A program made the position numbers and the translations under genes. This document shows positions 60,433 to 64,000 of a stretch of DNA of 64,000 bases, one piece after another. Position 1 is the stretch's first letter. Every line of letters begins with the position of its first letter. Location: NCBI GenBank assembly GCA_026707405.1, contig JAPOWW010000013.1:3190-67189 (forward strand). Reading direction: 5' to 3'. The notes beneath the pieces are model-generated. The model ran no database searches and was not told where the DNA came from. It saw only the letters and a program-made list of their open reading frames with translations. Origin of the DNA: Chloroflexota bacterium. GTDB taxonomy: Bacteria > Chloroflexota > UBA11872 > VXNJ01.

Positions 60433-61257
60433 GTGGGGCAGGACGCTAGCAAGCAATCCATCCACGTATTGCCGGCAGGCTCTGATGGGCCGCTGGAAAC
60501 CACGGTATTGGCCGTCGCAAATCAAAAAGGCGGTGTAGGCAAGACGGCGACAGCTGTGAATGTCGCCGCGGGGCTTGCCAAAATGGCAAGGCGGACGTTG
60601 CTGGTCGACTTGGACCCTCAGGGTAATGCGACTAGCGCTTTAGGTTTGCCGCTACGGAGGCTTGGAGCGTACCAGCTACTAATCGGAATGAGCTCGCTCG
60701 GAGAGGTTACGGCCGAATCCGGCCGCGAGAGGCTCAATCTGATGCCGGCATGTGAGGACATGGCAGCGCTGGAACTGGAGGTTGGGGGGGAGCCGGACCG
60801 GAACGAGCGCTTGCTCAAATGTCTGGCCACCGCAAGGGGCGCCTATCACTACGTCGTACTCGACTGTCCGCCAACTCTCGGACTCCTGACGATTAACGGG
60901 CTAATGGCAGCTAACGAGGTGCTGGTGCCCGTGCAATGCGAGTATCTGGCGCTGGAGGGGCTGGTGCGGTTCGTAACGACCTTGGATACGGTTAGTGAGA
61001 TCCGCGGTGAAGGGCCGTTGAGGCGGCGTTATCTTATGACCATGTACGACCGTCGGACTAGATTGTCGCGAGAAGTAGTACAGGACATGCGGGCACATTT
61101 TGGGGCTGAGGTAGTACGATCTGTCATCCCCAGGTCGGTGCGGCTGGCGGAGGCCCCGGGATTCGGAAGAACCATCTTCGAGCACGATCCTGGTGGGGCG
61201 GCCGCTTCAGCATACAGAACGTTGTGTCAGGAGATTAGTGGTGCGACCAAGGCATAG
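60433..61257 (+). CDS. parA: ParA/Soj chromosome partitioning ATPase
   Basis: NQKGGVGKT, DLDPQGNAT, DCPP, PVQCEYLALEG, IPRSVRLAEAP. Start is uncertain. Confidence 0.95.
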   Translation: MGQDASKQSIHVLPAGSDGPLETTVLAVANQKGGVGKTATAVNVAAGLAKMARRTLLVDLDPQGNATSALGLPLRRLGAYQLLIGMSSLGEVTAESGRERLNLMPACEDMAALELEVGGEPDRNERLLKCLATARGAYHYVVLDCPPTLGLLTINGLMAANEVLVPVQCEYLALEGLVRFVTTLDTVSEIRGEGPLRRRYLMTMYDRRTRLSREVVQDMRAHFGAEVVRSVIPRSVRLAEAPGFGRTIFEHDPGGAAASAYRTLCQEISGATKA

Positions 61258-62101
61258 CGGTGCTTTGGGCAGGGGTCTGGAGGCTCTGCTGCCTAAGCGT
61301 GGGGTCAGGCTGGTCGAGGCAAAGCTGTCGAGCATCAGACGCGGCCGTCATCAGCCGAGGGTGGAGATGAACGCGGCGCGGTTGGACGAACTCACCGACT
61401 CAATTCGTCGGCACGGGGTTCTACAGCCGCTTGTCGTGACTGAGGAGAGTGACGGATCCGGGAGTTGGTACGAGTTAGTGGCCGGTGAGCGCCGCTGGCG
61501 GGCCGCCAAGGCCGCCGCACTCGAAACGGTTCCAGTGATCGTGAAGACCGTCGACGAGGTATCGCGGCTGCAAATAGGACTGGTGGAGAACCTGCAACGA
61601 GAAGACTTGGGAGCAACGGAGCGCGCGAATGCGTACTCGGTACTAATCAGAGAGTTCGGCATGACCCAAGAGGAGATTGCACGGGCTGTTGGAAAGAGCA
61701 GACCGTCGGTTGCTAACACGCTGCGGCTTCTTGAGCTTACTGATGAAGCCCGTAAAGCGCTGCAGCAGCGACGAATATCTGAGGGCCACGCTCGGGCTCT
61801 GCTGTCCATTCGGAACCCCAAAAGGCAAATCGAGCTCCTTAGGGCGATTTTGGAGGGTGGACTGACCGTGCGAGAGGCGGAGGAAGCTGCCAAGGCGAGC
61901 GGCACCGCGATAGGCGACGAGACGAATGTTGACCGTGCGGACCTGGAAGGTCGGTTGCGGAGCAAGCTCGGAACAAAAGTGCAGTTGATGGGGAGTCGTG
62001 GAAGCGGGCGGATGGTGATTCACTACTACAGTCAGGAGGAACTAGAGACTCTTGTGGATGTTCTGCTTGGCGAGGACGTTGTTTCACGTGAAACAACCTG
62101 A
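61241..62101 (+). CDS. parB: ParB/Spo0J partitioning protein
   Basis: LGRGLEALL, AGERRWRA, ENLQREDL, HTH GKSRPSVANTLRL. AGGAG RBS before the GTG. Confidence 0.96.
   Translation: MRPRHSGALGRGLEALLPKRGVRLVEAKLSSIRRGRHQPRVEMNAARLDELTDSIRRHGVLQPLVVTEESDGSGSWYELVAGERRWRAAKAAALETVPVIVKTVDEVSRLQIGLVENLQREDLGATERANAYSVLIREFGMTQEEIARAVGKSRPSVANTLRLLELTDEARKALQQRRISEGHARALLSIRNPKRQIELLRAILEGGLTVREAEEAAKASGTAIGDETNVDRADLEGRLRSKLGTKVQLMGSRGSGRMVIHYYSQEELETLVDVLLGEDVVSRETT
62080..62095. promoter_or_regulatory. parS centromere site
   Basis: Perfect TGTTTCACGTGAAACA; the palindrome extends over 62078-62097, inside the last codons of parB. Confidence 0.95.
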
Positions 62102-62119
62102 CGTAACCGGTTAACGAGC

Positions 62120-62443
62120 ATGGCCCACGCTGGTCGCAGGAAACTCTCCCGGAGGCAGCGCAAGCGGGCGGGCCTAGGTCGCGATCGGTCGCGGCCTAGG
62201 TCTGACGAGGCCATCGCCCGAGCTCTGCGGCGGGCTCCCGAAACGAACCGCGCGACCGGAGATACCCCTATCTCGCCCCCCGAAGCTCCGGCAGCCACGT
62301 CCGCCGAGTCACAGGCCCTCGGTGACCTGTCATACGTGCCGGCGGATATGCGCCGCATCGCCGTACTGGCGGTCGTAATGTTTGTGCTGTTAGCGGTCGT
62401 TGCGGTGGTGTTGGGCGCTGGCTCCCAATGGATCAGCTTCTAG
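62120..62443 (+). CDS. Small membrane protein (basic N-terminus, C-terminal TM)
   Basis: Arg-rich N-terminus, LSYVPADMRRI, then a hydrophobic helix; lies directly after parB. Confidence 0.75.
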   Translation: MAHAGRRKLSRRQRKRAGLGRDRSRPRSDEAIARALRRAPETNRATGDTPISPPEAPAATSAESQALGDLSYVPADMRRIAVLAVVMFVLLAVVAVVLGAGSQWISF

Positions 62444-62455
62444 ACGTCGGATCTG

Positions 62456-63274
62456 ATGGGTGGCACGGACTTGGAAATCCGCAACCGGATAGCCCGAAAC
62501 TACGACCGCAGGGCGCAAGACTTCGGCGGCAGGAGTGACGACGACTTCCCACAACTTGGCCGGTTTATGAACGCGCGGGAGACCCTGCTGGACGTCGGCT
62601 GCGGCGCTGGCGGATCGCTACGGAGGTTCATGCAACACCACGGCGCTGCCTCTACTGCTGTAGGCCTCGATATTTCTCCGGGCATGTTGCGGCGGGCCGC
62701 GAAGGATGACGATCTGGCTCTGAATGCGGGCGGGGTTCGCTGGATTCTCGGAGATGCGGAAAGCCTGCCTTTCACTTCCGGGTTCTTCGACGTGGTGATC
62801 AGCGTTAACTCCCTCAGCCACTTGAGCAGCCTGGATCGGGCTCTGCGGAATCAGCACCGTGTTTTGCGGCGTGGCGGCCGTCTTGCGATGAAGTTTCGGG
62901 GCGATCTGACCCTTGATCGACCAGTCGAACGAGCGATGCGTGATGCGCTCGCGCAGGAGTTGTCGACCGACCGACTTCGACCCATTCTCGACATGTATCG
63001 ACCTTCGTCCGCCTTGGGCGCCCGGCAGTCGACTGTGGATGTGGGCTTCGACGATGTTGAGATATTCACCAGCCGGCGAGACTGGGTGTCCGACCCGCAG
63101 GAATTGATCCAGCGATTTCCCGAGATAGCAGGCTATATGCTCGAGCCGCTCACTGATGGTGAGCGCGAGCGTGTTCTGGGGAAATTCCGGCGAAACGTGC
63201 TCGAAGCGTCTGGGAGCGACGGACTGCCGGATTTCGGCTACAGCGTGACTGTTTTGGCGACTAAGCCCAGCTAA
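62456..63274 (+). CDS. Class I SAM-dependent methyltransferase
   Basis: LDVGCGAG, GLDISPGML, GDAESLPF, RVLRRGG. Confidence 0.9.
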   Translation: MGGTDLEIRNRIARNYDRRAQDFGGRSDDDFPQLGRFMNARETLLDVGCGAGGSLRRFMQHHGAASTAVGLDISPGMLRRAAKDDDLALNAGGVRWILGDAESLPFTSGFFDVVISVNSLSHLSSLDRALRNQHRVLRRGGRLAMKFRGDLTLDRPVERAMRDALAQELSTDRLRPILDMYRPSSALGARQSTVDVGFDDVEIFTSRRDWVSDPQELIQRFPEIAGYMLEPLTDGERERVLGKFRRNVLEASGSDGLPDFGYSVTVLATKPS

Positions 63275-63497
63275 AGCCAATCGAGCCTGGTCCGTCCGCC
63301 GGCTAGGCGCTGCGGGAATGCCGTGTTGTATACCATCAGAGTGCTCATCCTAGGTGTGGCGGATTAGGGGTTTCATCTCCAGTTTCGACTGCATGATTGT
63401 TGGGATTCGCGGCGAGAATTGCCCTTGACCGGTGTCCGGGGAACTCGTTCAGCGCGTTAGTTCGAAAGTGAGGCGGCAAACGGGCGCTATAAGCGAG

Positions 63498-64000
63498 ATG
63501 CTGGTCGATTTTGCGGTCGCGTGCCTGCGGGCCATGCCGTTCCGGCCGAAGATGATTTTTGCCTCGCTGGTTGGTCGCATGCTGTTCCTCCTCTGGCGCT
63601 CGCGACGGGCTGATGCGGTCTACTGGTCGTCGCGCGCCATTGGATTGCCCCTGGATGACCCGGAGACGGTGGCGACGGCTCGGCGTAGCTTCGCCAACTT
63701 CGCCAAATTCTCAATGGACTTCGTTGACAGTGCGGTCTTGCCTCGCCGGCAGCGTGTCGCTGCCAAGTTGCGACAGATGGAAAACAAGGAGGTGCTAGAG
63801 AACGCTGCCAAAGATCCCCGAGGCTGTCTGCTGGTTAGCGCCCATATTGGCAACTGGGAGCTCCTTGGCTCGTGGGTCTCCCTGCTCGGACGCGACCTTT
63901 ATGTCGTTGCGCTGCCGCTGCCCGCCAACAGCCTGAACAAGCTGGCTATAGAGGTCCGGGAAAATGCGGGAATGGGCCTCATTGACACAAGCGGTGCGGC
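63498..64000 (+). CDS. Lysophospholipid acyltransferase (LpxL/PatA family), partial
   Basis: Absent from the ORF track. Hand translation MLVDFAVACLRAMP..ARRSFANFAK..LLVSAHIGNWE, open to the window end. Confidence 0.88.
   Translation, partial: MLVDFAVACLRAMPFRPKMIFASLVGRMLFLLWRSRRADAVYWSSRAIGLPLDDPETVATARRSFANFAKFSMDFVDSAVLPRRQRVAAKLRQMENKEVLENAAKDPRGCLLVSAHIGNWELLGSWVSLLGRDLYVVALPLPANSLNKLAIEVRENAGMGLIDTSGA

Overview
High-GC bacterial chromosome segment of mostly housekeeping genes, probably from a Chloroflexota organism and possibly host- or sponge-associated (inferred from protein families, not a database search). It spans the likely replication origin: dnaA, then a Bacillus-like unwinding element, then parA and parB with a perfect parS site, and no adjacent dnaN. 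Other content: tRNA-Leu(UAG) flanked by a decayed Uma2 nuclease gene and a large secreted repeat protein, a 2-oxoacid/acetoin dehydrogenase cluster interrupted by an Fe-S DUF362 gene, an operon ending in two GH-A clan glycosidases (one fused to an O-antigen-ligase domain), mnmE, a radical SAM gene, an Rrf2 regulator with an IscR-like operator, a caa3-type oxidase operon, ctaA, pyrE, ddl, ggt, recA, a class A PBP and carbohydrate-active enzymes. No CRISPR array, integrase or intact transposase was seen. The best leads are the GH/GH-ligase operon with apparently degenerate NYN and IolE-like partners, the origin architecture with a structured element upstream of dnaA, and a prolyl aminopeptidase that seems fused to a toxin-antitoxin remnant.
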